A DNA stretch of 63,568 bases, counting the filler, from an uncultured Methanoregulaceae archaeon (GTDB taxonomy: Archaea > Halobacteriota > Methanomicrobia > Methanomicrobiales > Methanospirillaceae), in the NCBI GenBank assembly GCA_964530035.1. It is 14 parts of 14 records of this genome, joined end to end, with 100 filler letters (N's around TTAATTAATTAA, not from the genome) between each part and the next. Parts side by side here need not be neighbours in the genome. Positions count along the whole stretch, not along the records: positions 19,470 to 24,086 come from CAZGXZ010000180.1; positions 24,187 to 28,787 come from CAZGXZ010000181.1; positions 28,888 to 33,307 come from CAZGXZ010000182.1; 11 more parts are not named here. One strand, written 5' to 3'. Below the pieces are notes generated by a model. That model searched no databases. It worked only from the letters and a program-made list of their open reading frames with translations, and was not told where the DNA came from. How positions within the stretch are numbered: position 1 is the stretch's first letter; each line of letters begins with the position of its first letter. Positions 21,839 to 29,460 of this stretch are shown one piece after another. The position numbers and the translations under genes were made by a program.

Positions 21839-22988
21839 TGCTTGTCTCCTCGAGAATCCGCTTCTGAAGTAACAGGTCAATGAAATCCGTCACTTCAGCC
21901 TGGAGAACCTGCTTGTCTGCGTCATATTCATCGGCGAGGGCCGTGATGACCTGTCCGCGGTTGCCAAATTTCACGACGGCATTCCATATGGCCGCGGAGA
22001 CCCCGTCCAGGACATAGCTTTCACGAGAAACAGTATGCCCGATGACCACTTCTTCCCCGATGACTGCAAATATCACCTCTTTTGATGGTGCGAGCGGACC
22101 TCTGGAAACAGGCTGCACATACACTGGAATCCTGGGTGGCATGTTCTTCAGGCACCGCCTTGGGGGGAGCAGGGTCCATCCGCACTCGGTTTTTTCAGTA
22201 ACCGGGTTCCAGAACGGCCTGTCCGGTTCGTTCCAGGAGAAGCAGAGATATTCAGGCAGCCCTATCCAGAGGCGTTCATTGTCGAAACGCCCGCTCCAGG
22301 TCTTTCGGTAGGATTCTGTTCCTCCATTGACCTCATCTGAATAGTCCCCGAGGTCACGGGCACTGATACACGCGGTAACGGGGAGTCCCAGGCGTCCTGC
22401 ACGAAGTTCCGGGTGAGAATATAGTGGGGCGAATATGACCTCCTTTTGCCCACAGGACTCCATGAAAGCCGAAAAGCGCTCACCGCTGATCGCACAGTCG
22501 TCAACGACGACCAGGGGCACGTCCGGTGACCCGGGGTACTGCAGCTGCCCTGGACTGATGCCCATGATGTATGAGAGGATGCCGAGGACGATGAGACCCC
22601 CGCGGGGGAGGGCATTGAAGGAGCACCTTTGAATTTTGTCATCACCAAGGTGTTCCCTGAACCGGGCTCCAAGTACCCGGCAGTCCTCGACAGCCTGCGG
22701 AAAATTGACATATCTCAGGTGGCGGAGAGCATAATCTACGTGCCACGAAAGAGCGCGTATACGGGCCGTTTCTACCTTGTTATACCTCCCGACAACTGCA
22801 ATAGTTGGGGGATTTATATGCACTACGATAGCTGAGGGGGGCATTGAGGACCAGAGGGGGCTCGATGCAATTCCCTGGGCAAGCTCTAGGAGGGGAGTCT
22901 CGCAATCCGGGCACACCTGATTATGGTAAGACTCAGTTCCACTTAGTTTGGCAATGATAATATGAAAATCCAAATCTGAATTGTTCAC
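21828..22988 (-). CDS. Phosphoribosyltransferase-like domain fused to a C-terminal PqqD/RRE (RiPP recognition element)
   Basis: ALPRGG and PRPP-loop-like VVVDDCAISG; C-terminal YVLDGVSAAIW...LADEYD...DFIDLL matches the PqqD/RRE pattern. Confidence 0.75.
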   Translation of the reverse strand: MNNSDLDFHIIIAKLSGTESYHNQVCPDCETPLLELAQGIASSPLWSSMPPSAIVVHINPPTIAVVGRYNKVETARIRALSWHVDYALRHLRYVNFPQAVEDCRVLGARFREHLGDDKIQRCSFNALPRGGLIVLGILSYIMGISPGQLQYPGSPDVPLVVVDDCAISGERFSAFMESCGQKEVIFAPLYSHPELRAGRLGLPVTACISARDLGDYSDEVNGGTESYRKTWSGRFDNERLWIGLPEYLCFSWNEPDRPFWNPVTEKTECGWTLLPPRRCLKNMPPRIPVYVQPVSRGPLAPSKEVIFAVIGEEVVIGHTVSRESYVLDGVSAAIWNAVVKFGNRGQVITALADEYDADKQVLQAEVTDFIDLLLQKRILEETSSVS

Positions 22989-23037
22989 AAAAAGAACCTT
23001 GTAGCTTCAGGAATTGTTCCATTAAAATGATATAAGC

Positions 23038-23046
23038 AAAAAAAAG
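23038..23046 (-). terminator. Oligo-T archaeal terminator candidate after precursor A1
   Basis: Run of 9 T on the minus strand about 40 nt after the A1 stop. Confidence 0.45.
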
Positions 23047-23085
23047 AATTCCTGTTCTCGCTCCCCTATTTGAAATGCATTAATT

Positions 23086-23268
23086 TTAATCCCGATAAGG
23101 TAGATCATTCGGAGTCGGAGTCTGCTGAACCTCCATTCCTGTTGGCCGATATGGATCGAACGAACCTGCACCGCCAGAGTCATTATAAACCCCAGTTCCA
23201 CCAAGCGTCAGATCCTTCACATTGCCTACTTTCACCAGTTCTGGTGATTCATACGTTCCTTTCTTCAT
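23086..23268 (-). CDS. Lasso peptide precursor A1 (22-aa leader, 38-aa core)
   Basis: Leader YESPEL (YxxPxL), G...LT with Thr at -2; core starts Gly1 with Asp8; purine-rich RBS GGGAAGGA upstream. Confidence 0.88.
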   Translation of the reverse strand: MKKGTYESPELVKVGNVKDLTLGGTGVYNDSGGAGSFDPYRPTGMEVQQTPTPNDLPYRD

Positions 23269-23359
23269 AAAATCCTTCCCCTAATTCATCTTTTAATAAC
23301 AATTAAATGAACGGTTTCCAGAAATAAATAAGTTGCTCAGCACCATTGACTTTACTTTT

Positions 23360-23504
23360 TCAGCCCTTCTCCCCTTCATATGATCTGGCACTGCCAAGGT
23401 CCTGATAGGGACCTTTATTCCCAAGGGTAAGGTCCTTCACATCGCCACCTTCCACCACTTCAGGATATTTAAATGCCTTTTTATTTGACTCAATCCTTTT
23501 CCAT
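23360..23504 (-). CDS. Lasso peptide precursor A2 (not in the ORF track; start codon is out of frame or non-canonical)
   Basis: Hand translation of 23494->23360: IESNKKAFKYPEVVEGGDVKDLTL-GNKGPYQDLGSARSYEGEKG*; ATG at 23504 is one base out of frame. Confidence 0.75.
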
Positions 23505-23612
23505 ATCTTTAGGAAAAGGTAGCACTTCCCCCCTCCTGATTTAAATAGTAAATAAATTTAGCATGGCTCTCCCTGATGCGAATGCCGTTTCCCAGACAAA
23601 GGTAATCTCATT

Positions 23613-24086
23613 TTATGTTAGCTCATTCACCTCCTCACCCGGGATCCTGCCGAACCGTTTTTCATATCCGCGTAACCATGCCTCGGCACAGAGAAAGCGG
23701 ACCAGAGGCCGGGCGGGGTAGCCCGTCCCATCGAGGTAAGATTTCCAGGCCTGTTCCAGGGGTTGCTGCCTGACAAGACCCAGCCTGACCGCACCCGGTT
23801 CCTGGAGCAGTGCCTCGGCCCGGTCTTTCTCTCCGGATTTCAGGCCCCGGTCCTGCAGGTCACCGGCATGGGCCTTCGAGAGCCGCGTCCTGATCTTCTC
23901 CGGCACCATTCCCTTCATCGCCTCCCTGAGCTGGCAACGGGTAACCCCGTCCCTGAAGGTGAGTCGAGGCGGCATCATGACCATGAAATCTATCAGCCTC
24001 CGGTCATAGAAGGGAAAACGCCATTCAACCCCTGTTGAGGAGGCATACGTGTCCAGGGTCACCCGGTACGCCGAGTTAAGGCCGTC
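23613..24086 (-). CDS. C-terminal part of an asparagine-synthetase-like lasso cyclase (C protein), 5' truncated
   Basis: EWRFPFYDRRLIDF..MP, LREAMKGMVPEKIRTR.SKA; directly upstream of the precursors. Confidence 0.8.
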   Translation of the reverse strand, partial: DGLNSAYRVTLDTYASSTGVEWRFPFYDRRLIDFMVMMPPRLTFRDGVTRCQLREAMKGMVPEKIRTRLSKAHAGDLQDRGLKSGEKDRAEALLQEPGAVRLGLVRQQPLEQAWKSYLDGTGYPARPLVRFLCAEAWLRGYEKRFGRIPGEEVNELT

Positions 24087-24186
24087 NNNNNNNNNNNNNN
24101 NNNNNNNNNNNNNNNNNNNNNNNNNNNNNNTTAATTAATTAANNNNNNNNNNNNNNNNNNNNNNNNNNNNNNNNNNNNNNNNNNNN

Positions 24187-25194
24187 ACCCCCATCATGAT
24201 CGGCCACATGAGCTACGGGGCCATCAGCCTCAATGCCCAGATGAGCCTCGCGAGGGCGGTTTCGGAAACCGGGACATTCATGGGGACCGGTGAAGGCGGG
24301 CTCCACGAGCTCCTGTACCCGTACCAGGACCACATGATCGTCCAGGTAGCATCAGGCCGGTTCGGGGTGAACATCGATTACCTTGAACGGGGAGCCGCCA
24401 TCGAGATCAAGATCGGCCAGGGGGCGAAACCAGGGATCGGCGGTCACCTCCCCGGGGAGAAGGTCTGCCTCGATGTCTCCTGCACGAGGATGATCCCCGA
24501 GGGGAGCGATGCCATCAGCCCCGCACCCCACCATGACATCTACAGCATCGAGGACCTGAAGCAGCTGGTCCGCAGCCTCAAGGAGGCTACTGAGTGGAAA
24601 AAGCCGGTGTTCGTGAAGATCGCCGCGGTCCACAACGCTGCCGCGATTGCTGCCGGGATAGCGCGGTCGTCGGCCGATGCCGTCGTCATCGACGGCTTCA
24701 GGGGCGGGACGGGTGCCGCCCCGAGAGTCTTCAGGGACCATGTCGGCATCCCTGTCGAGGCCGCGATCGCTGCCGTCGACTCAAAACTCAGGAAACAGGG
24801 GATACGAAACGAGGTCTCACTGATCGCAAGCGGAGGTCTCCGCGAGAGTGCGGATGTCGTCAAGGCGATTGCACTCGGTGCTGACGCCGTATATATCGGA
24901 ACGGCAGCCCTTGTTGCCATGGGCTGCCGGGTCTGCGGGACCTGTTACCGCGGTCTGTGCCCCTGGGGTATTGCGACCCAACGTCCCGACCTCGTACAAC
25001 GGCTCGACACGGAACAGGCGTCCGCCCAGGTCTCCAACCTGCTCCATGCCTGGACACTCGAGATCAGCGAACTGATGGGTGCAGCGGGGATCAACAGCAT
25101 AGAAAGCCTCCGCGGCAACCGTGACCGGCTTCGCGGCTACCTCCTGGACGAATCCATCATGAAGGTCCTTGACGTGAAAGGAATAGGAGCGTGA
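24187..25194 (+). CDS. gltB: Archaeal glutamate synthase FMN-binding subunit (GltB domain 2), 5' truncated
   Basis: MSYGAIS, TGEGG, QVASGRFGV, EIKIGQGAKPG.GGHLPG.KV, SPAPHHDIYSIEDL and a Cys cluster. Confidence 0.93.
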   Translation, partial: TPIMIGHMSYGAISLNAQMSLARAVSETGTFMGTGEGGLHELLYPYQDHMIVQVASGRFGVNIDYLERGAAIEIKIGQGAKPGIGGHLPGEKVCLDVSCTRMIPEGSDAISPAPHHDIYSIEDLKQLVRSLKEATEWKKPVFVKIAAVHNAAAIAAGIARSSADAVVIDGFRGGTGAAPRVFRDHVGIPVEAAIAAVDSKLRKQGIRNEVSLIASGGLRESADVVKAIALGADAVYIGTAALVAMGCRVCGTCYRGLCPWGIATQRPDLVQRLDTEQASAQVSNLLHAWTLEISELMGAAGINSIESLRGNRDRLRGYLLDESIMKVLDVKGIGA

Positions 25195-25201
25195 AGTCCG
25201 G

Positions 25202-25942
25202 ATGACCACTGTCCGCATCGATGCCCAGGGTCTTCATTATACCCCGCTCAACAGGATGATCAGGGAGGCCGTGGCCGGTGGTGCCACAGAGATTGTTATT
25301 GACAATGTGATGGGTCAGCGGTTTATCGCCGACGGTCTCAAAGGGAACGCAACGCTCGTCATAAACGGCGTCCCGGGCGGTGACCTCGGGATGTTCATGT
25401 CGGGTCCGACCTGTGTCGTGAACGGGAACTGTGAGCACGCCCCGGGGAACACGATGGACGAAGGGACCATTGTCATCCACGGATCGGCAGGCGACGCCGT
25501 GGCCCACAGCATGCGGGGCGGCAGGGTCCTGGTCAGGGACTCGATCGGGTACCGCGGGGGTATCCATATGAAGCAGTACGACAGCAAGCGCCCCCAGCTG
25601 ATCATCGGCGGGTGCGCGAGGGCTTACCTCGGCGAATACATGGCGGGTGGTGAAATTCTCGTCCTCGGGACCGGCTGCAGGGAGACGGTGACCGAGCGGG
25701 GTATCGGCAGCGGCATCCATGGAGGGGCTATTTTTGTCAGGGGGGAGGTTGACGAGTGGTACCTCGGGGTAGGTGCGAAGACGGCCCCGTTGACCAACAG
25801 CGACCGGGAGGACATCGAGGTCATGATCAGGGAATTTTCCCGGTGGTTCGGAACGGATGCGGATGCTCTTATGAAGGAGCCGTTCACCAAGATCGTCCCG
25901 TCGAGCGCACGTCCGTTCGCAAATAAATACACGTGGGAGTGA
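25202..25942 (+). CDS. Glutamate synthase GXGXG (domain 3) subunit
   Basis: Beta-helix GXGXG repeats, LGEYMAGG, RPF...Y C-terminus. Confidence 0.9.
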   Translation: MTTVRIDAQGLHYTPLNRMIREAVAGGATEIVIDNVMGQRFIADGLKGNATLVINGVPGGDLGMFMSGPTCVVNGNCEHAPGNTMDEGTIVIHGSAGDAVAHSMRGGRVLVRDSIGYRGGIHMKQYDSKRPQLIIGGCARAYLGEYMAGGEILVLGTGCRETVTERGIGSGIHGGAIFVRGEVDEWYLGVGAKTAPLTNSDREDIEVMIREFSRWFGTDADALMKEPFTKIVPSSARPFANKYTWE

Positions 25943-25943
25943 G

Positions 25944-26978
25944 ATGATGGTCGAAACGAGTTACCAGGACTTAAAACGGTCGGTCTGGGAAAAGGGGCGG
26001 TGTTCAGGGTGCGGGGCGTGCACCGCGGTCTGCCCGGCCGACGCCCTCTACTTTGACGAGGAGGGGACGGTGTCCTTCCCGGTCCACAACGGCTACTGCA
26101 AGCAGGAGACCGACGGGGTGCCATGTGGAGCCTGCTATGCCGTCTGCCCGAGGGTCGAGCTCCCAGCTCCGGAGCCGCTTGGCCAGTACCGGCGGATCAT
26201 CGCCGGACAGGCTTCACAGACCGTCCCACGGAGCCAGAGCGGCGGGGCTGTCACCGCGATCCTCAAAAACGCCCTTGACACGGGCCTGATCGACGCGGTC
26301 GTCACTGTGGGAGAGGACAGGATGACGCTCCGTCCGTTTTCCATCCTCGTCACGTCCTCAGAGGAACTCCTGCACTCGGCCGGTTCACGGTACAGCTGGT
26401 GGGTTCCGCTCCTCGGGTCGCTCAAGACCGCGGTCATCGACCGGAAGTTCAGGAAAATTGCCGTCGTCGGGGTACCCTGCGTCGTCCAGGCGGTCGACCG
26501 CATGAGGACCAGCGGCCATGATCTCCTGCAGCCCTTCGGGAAGTCCATCAGGCTTGTCATCGGGCTCTTCTGCACCGAGTCCTTCGACTACCGGATGCTC
26601 GTCGAGGGAAAGATGCGGCAGGAGCACGCCATCGAGACCTGGAGAGTGAAAAAGCTCGACGTCCGGGGAAAACTCGAGATCACGATGTCGGACGGTTCAA
26701 CCACGTCGTTTCCCTTAAAGGATATCGAGGACACGGTCCGGTCCGGTTGCCACGTCTGTACTGATTTTCCTGCCCTTAAAGCGGATATCTCCGCCGGTTC
26801 GGTCGGGAGTGCACCCGGGTATACCACCCTGGTCGTCAGGACGCCCGAGGGTGACGCCTTCGTCGATAGTGCCGTCCACAACGGGGTGATGTGGATTTCG
26901 GAGGATGTCGACAAAAACGCCATCGAAAAACTCGCCACGGCAAAGATCGCCAGAAACGTGGACAAAACGGTCTCCTGA
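25944..26978 (+). CDS. FrhB-family F420-binding Fe-S flavoprotein (probable electron-input subunit of glutamate synthase)
   Basis: CSGCGACTAVCP ferredoxin motif, QSGGAVT, VGVPC, IGLFCTE, GCHVCTD, ADISAGSVGS. Confidence 0.88.
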   Translation: MMVETSYQDLKRSVWEKGRCSGCGACTAVCPADALYFDEEGTVSFPVHNGYCKQETDGVPCGACYAVCPRVELPAPEPLGQYRRIIAGQASQTVPRSQSGGAVTAILKNALDTGLIDAVVTVGEDRMTLRPFSILVTSSEELLHSAGSRYSWWVPLLGSLKTAVIDRKFRKIAVVGVPCVVQAVDRMRTSGHDLLQPFGKSIRLVIGLFCTESFDYRMLVEGKMRQEHAIETWRVKKLDVRGKLEITMSDGSTTSFPLKDIEDTVRSGCHVCTDFPALKADISAGSVGSAPGYTTLVVRTPEGDAFVDSAVHNGVMWISEDVDKNAIEKLATAKIARNVDKTVS

Positions 26979-27061
26979 ACCCTCATCTCAGAAGAGACCG
27001 GCGGATTATTCATTTTCATCACCTTTTTCCCGGCCGAAGGCCTATAGTGAGGTACCTCTCC

Positions 27062-28102
27062 ATGACACCCAGCCCGGAGGGGACCGTTTCCCGGGACCGC
27101 CTCTCAGAAGGCTGCGTCCTTTGCCACCATGGTGCGAAGATGGTCCTCTTCATCACCGGCACTTGCGACCGCGACTGCTGGTACTGCCCGCTTTCCCTTG
27201 AACGGAAGGACGTCGATGCAATATATGCCAACGAACGGGAGGTCTTTTCTCCGGATGAGGCGGTGGGTGTCGCAGAGACGATGGAGGCCCTCGGTACCGG
27301 GATCACCGGGGGCGAACCGCTCCTCGTGCGAGACCGGGTCGTTGCTTATGCCCGGGCCCTGAAGGAGCGGTTCGGCCCGGACCACCATATTCACCTCTAT
27401 ACGGGGAGGGCGCCTTCGGAGGAGGACCTTGCGGCGCTCGAAGGTCTCGTCGATGAGATCCGGATGCACCCCCCCGTGGACGAATGGAGAACGGTTTCAG
27501 GATCGGAGTATGATAAGGCCTTGGAAAGGGGACATGCACATGGTTTTGAGATCGGGTTTGAAATCCCCTCACTGCCTGGCCTCGAGGCGTTTCTTCCGCT
27601 CATTCCTCAAACGGATGTCTTCAACATCAACGAGCTCGAGTGGGGCGAGACCTGCTCGGACGCCATGAGGGAACGGGGCCTGTTTACCGAGGACGACCTC
27701 CACAGCGCCATAGACGGTGCGAAGGACTGGGCACTCCCGCTCCTCTCCGTGCCGGAGGTGCACTGGTGCTCGTCCCGGTTCAAGGACGGCGTCCAGCTGA
27801 GGATGCGGCTGATCAGGATCGCCGAACGGACCTGCCGTCCCTTTGACGAGGTCACGGACGAGGGTACGGTCGTGTACGGAGCATGGGAGCCCGAGGGAGA
27901 CTGGTCATCCCGGATAGCCGGTATTCCTGCCGACCAGAGGGAGGTCTGCGGACCGCTCGTGGAGATGTCCTGGGAGTACCTCTCCGACCACGCCGGGGAC
28001 CTCCCTGGCCGGAAGTGCATCGTGGAACGGTACCCTGACAGGGGGATGATCGTGGAGGTGATCCCGGTTGGCGATTCAGGAATTCCTGTATCGGTTGTAT
28101 GA
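27062..28102 (+). CDS. Archaeal radical SAM protein (COG2108-like)
   Basis: GC.LC..GAKMVLFITG.CDRDCWYCP, TGGEP, HIHLYT, NINELE. Confidence 0.85.
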   Translation: MTPSPEGTVSRDRLSEGCVLCHHGAKMVLFITGTCDRDCWYCPLSLERKDVDAIYANEREVFSPDEAVGVAETMEALGTGITGGEPLLVRDRVVAYARALKERFGPDHHIHLYTGRAPSEEDLAALEGLVDEIRMHPPVDEWRTVSGSEYDKALERGHAHGFEIGFEIPSLPGLEAFLPLIPQTDVFNINELEWGETCSDAMRERGLFTEDDLHSAIDGAKDWALPLLSVPEVHWCSSRFKDGVQLRMRLIRIAERTCRPFDEVTDEGTVVYGAWEPEGDWSSRIAGIPADQREVCGPLVEMSWEYLSDHAGDLPGRKCIVERYPDRGMIVEVIPVGDSGIPVSVV

Positions 28103-28787
28103 GCGGCACCTGCTTTCCCAGTGTACCCACATCCCATGCCATGTCGCGATAATCCAGGACGGAAACCGGCGTTTCGCAAAAATGGCCGGCGTCCAGGTGA
28201 GCCAGGGACACCGGATGGGAGCCGACGTAACCGAGCGGATGCTTGACTGGGCCCATGAGCTCTCTATCTCGCACATCACCCTCTACTCCTTCTCGACTGA
28301 GAACTTCCGCCGTGACAGGGGAGAGGTCTCCGACCTGTTCGAGCTATTCAAGGAGAAGTTCAGGTCGTTTATCACGGATGACCGGGTCCACCGGTACCGC
28401 ATCAGGATCCGGATGCTCGGTGACCGGTCGCTCCTTCCCCCCGACCTCCTTGCCGTCATCAGGGAGGCTGAAGAGGCGTCGGCACACTATGAGGGTTTTT
28501 TTCTGAACATCGCCATCGCGTACGGGGGAAGAAACGAGATCGTGCATGCCGCACGGGAGATCCTCGCGGGAGTTGAAGCCGGGGAGATACAGCCGGATGC
28601 AATCTCCCCGGGGCTCGTGGAAAAACACCTGTACCCCGGGGTGACCATCCCGCCCGTGGACCTCATCATCAGGACGGGAAACGAGTTCAGGACGTCGAAC
28701 TTCCTGCCCTGGCTCGCGAGCGGTCATGAGTCCGCGGTGTATTTCTGCATCCCGTTCTGGCCGCAGTTCCGGATGATCGACCTCCTT
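28068..28787 (+). CDS. uppS: cis-prenyltransferase (undecaprenyl diphosphate synthase family), 3' truncated
   Basis: HVAIIQDGNRR, YSFSTENF.R, AYGGRNE, DLIIRTG..RTSNFLPW. Confidence 0.95.
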
Positions 28788-28888
28788 NNNNNNNNNNNNN
28801 NNNNNNNNNNNNNNNNNNNNNNNNNNNNNNNTTAATTAATTAANNNNNNNNNNNNNNNNNNNNNNNNNNNNNNNNNNNNNNNNNNNNG

Positions 28889-29410
28889 ACAGCCGATCCC
28901 TCGTTCAATGTCAAGGTTGCCGAACGGAGCGAGTTTGCATCGTTTGACCCAGGGCAGGACATCCACCGCTACTCCCGGGACGACCTTGTGTCAATCCTGG
29001 ACAATATTGACATCCTCTTTGCCAACCGCCATGAGGTCGAAGAGATGTGCAGTGTACTGGACCTGAACCGACAACAGCTCGCCCGTGAAGTCCCCATCGC
29101 GGTCTTCACCTCAGGTGGCGAGGGGAGCACCCTCTTCAGTCAGGGAGAAAGATGGAACATATCTCCGGTGCCGGTCAACATGCAGGACCCCACGGGAGCC
29201 GGGGATTCCTACCGGGCCGGTTTTCTCACTGCATACGCACAGGGATACGCCCTCCATGTATGTTGCTGCATCGGCAGCGTGACGGCGAGTTACGTGGTCG
29301 AACACCCCGGCTGCCAGACCCACCTTCCGGACTGGGATGCAGTTGTAACCCGGTTCCAAAGTCATTTTGGATCGTTTCCGGAACCTGGTGAGAGGCGGGT
29401 GCCGGAATGA
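28889..29410 (+). CDS. PfkB-family carbohydrate/nucleoside kinase (5' truncated)
   Basis: FDPGQD, FAN.HE, DPTGAGDSYRAGF. Confidence 0.9.
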   Translation, partial: TADPSFNVKVAERSEFASFDPGQDIHRYSRDDLVSILDNIDILFANRHEVEEMCSVLDLNRQQLAREVPIAVFTSGGEGSTLFSQGERWNISPVPVNMQDPTGAGDSYRAGFLTAYAQGYALHVCCCIGSVTASYVVEHPGCQTHLPDWDAVVTRFQSHFGSFPEPGERRVPE

Positions 29411-29460
29411 GCATGGTTAGTAGGAAATTAAGAGGATAAACGACCCTGGTGCAGTAAACC

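Noticed and set aside
21828..22100. PqqD domain read as PQQ cofactor biosynthesis
   Set aside because: No pqqB/C/E or PqqA-like ExxxY peptide on the contig; the neighbours (cyclase, YxxPxL precursors, kinase) fit a lasso RRE.
23610..23640. Strong RBS (GAGGAGGTGA) plus ATG at the end of the cyclase gene, suggesting a third precursor
   Set aside because: It reads ATG AGC TAA; the other short frames here show no leader motif.
19318..24186. tRNA-Lys next to the lasso cluster suggesting a tRNA-integrated island, and glutamate synthase on the other side
   Set aside because: Both adjacencies cross linkers between size-sorted contigs, so they carry no synteny information.
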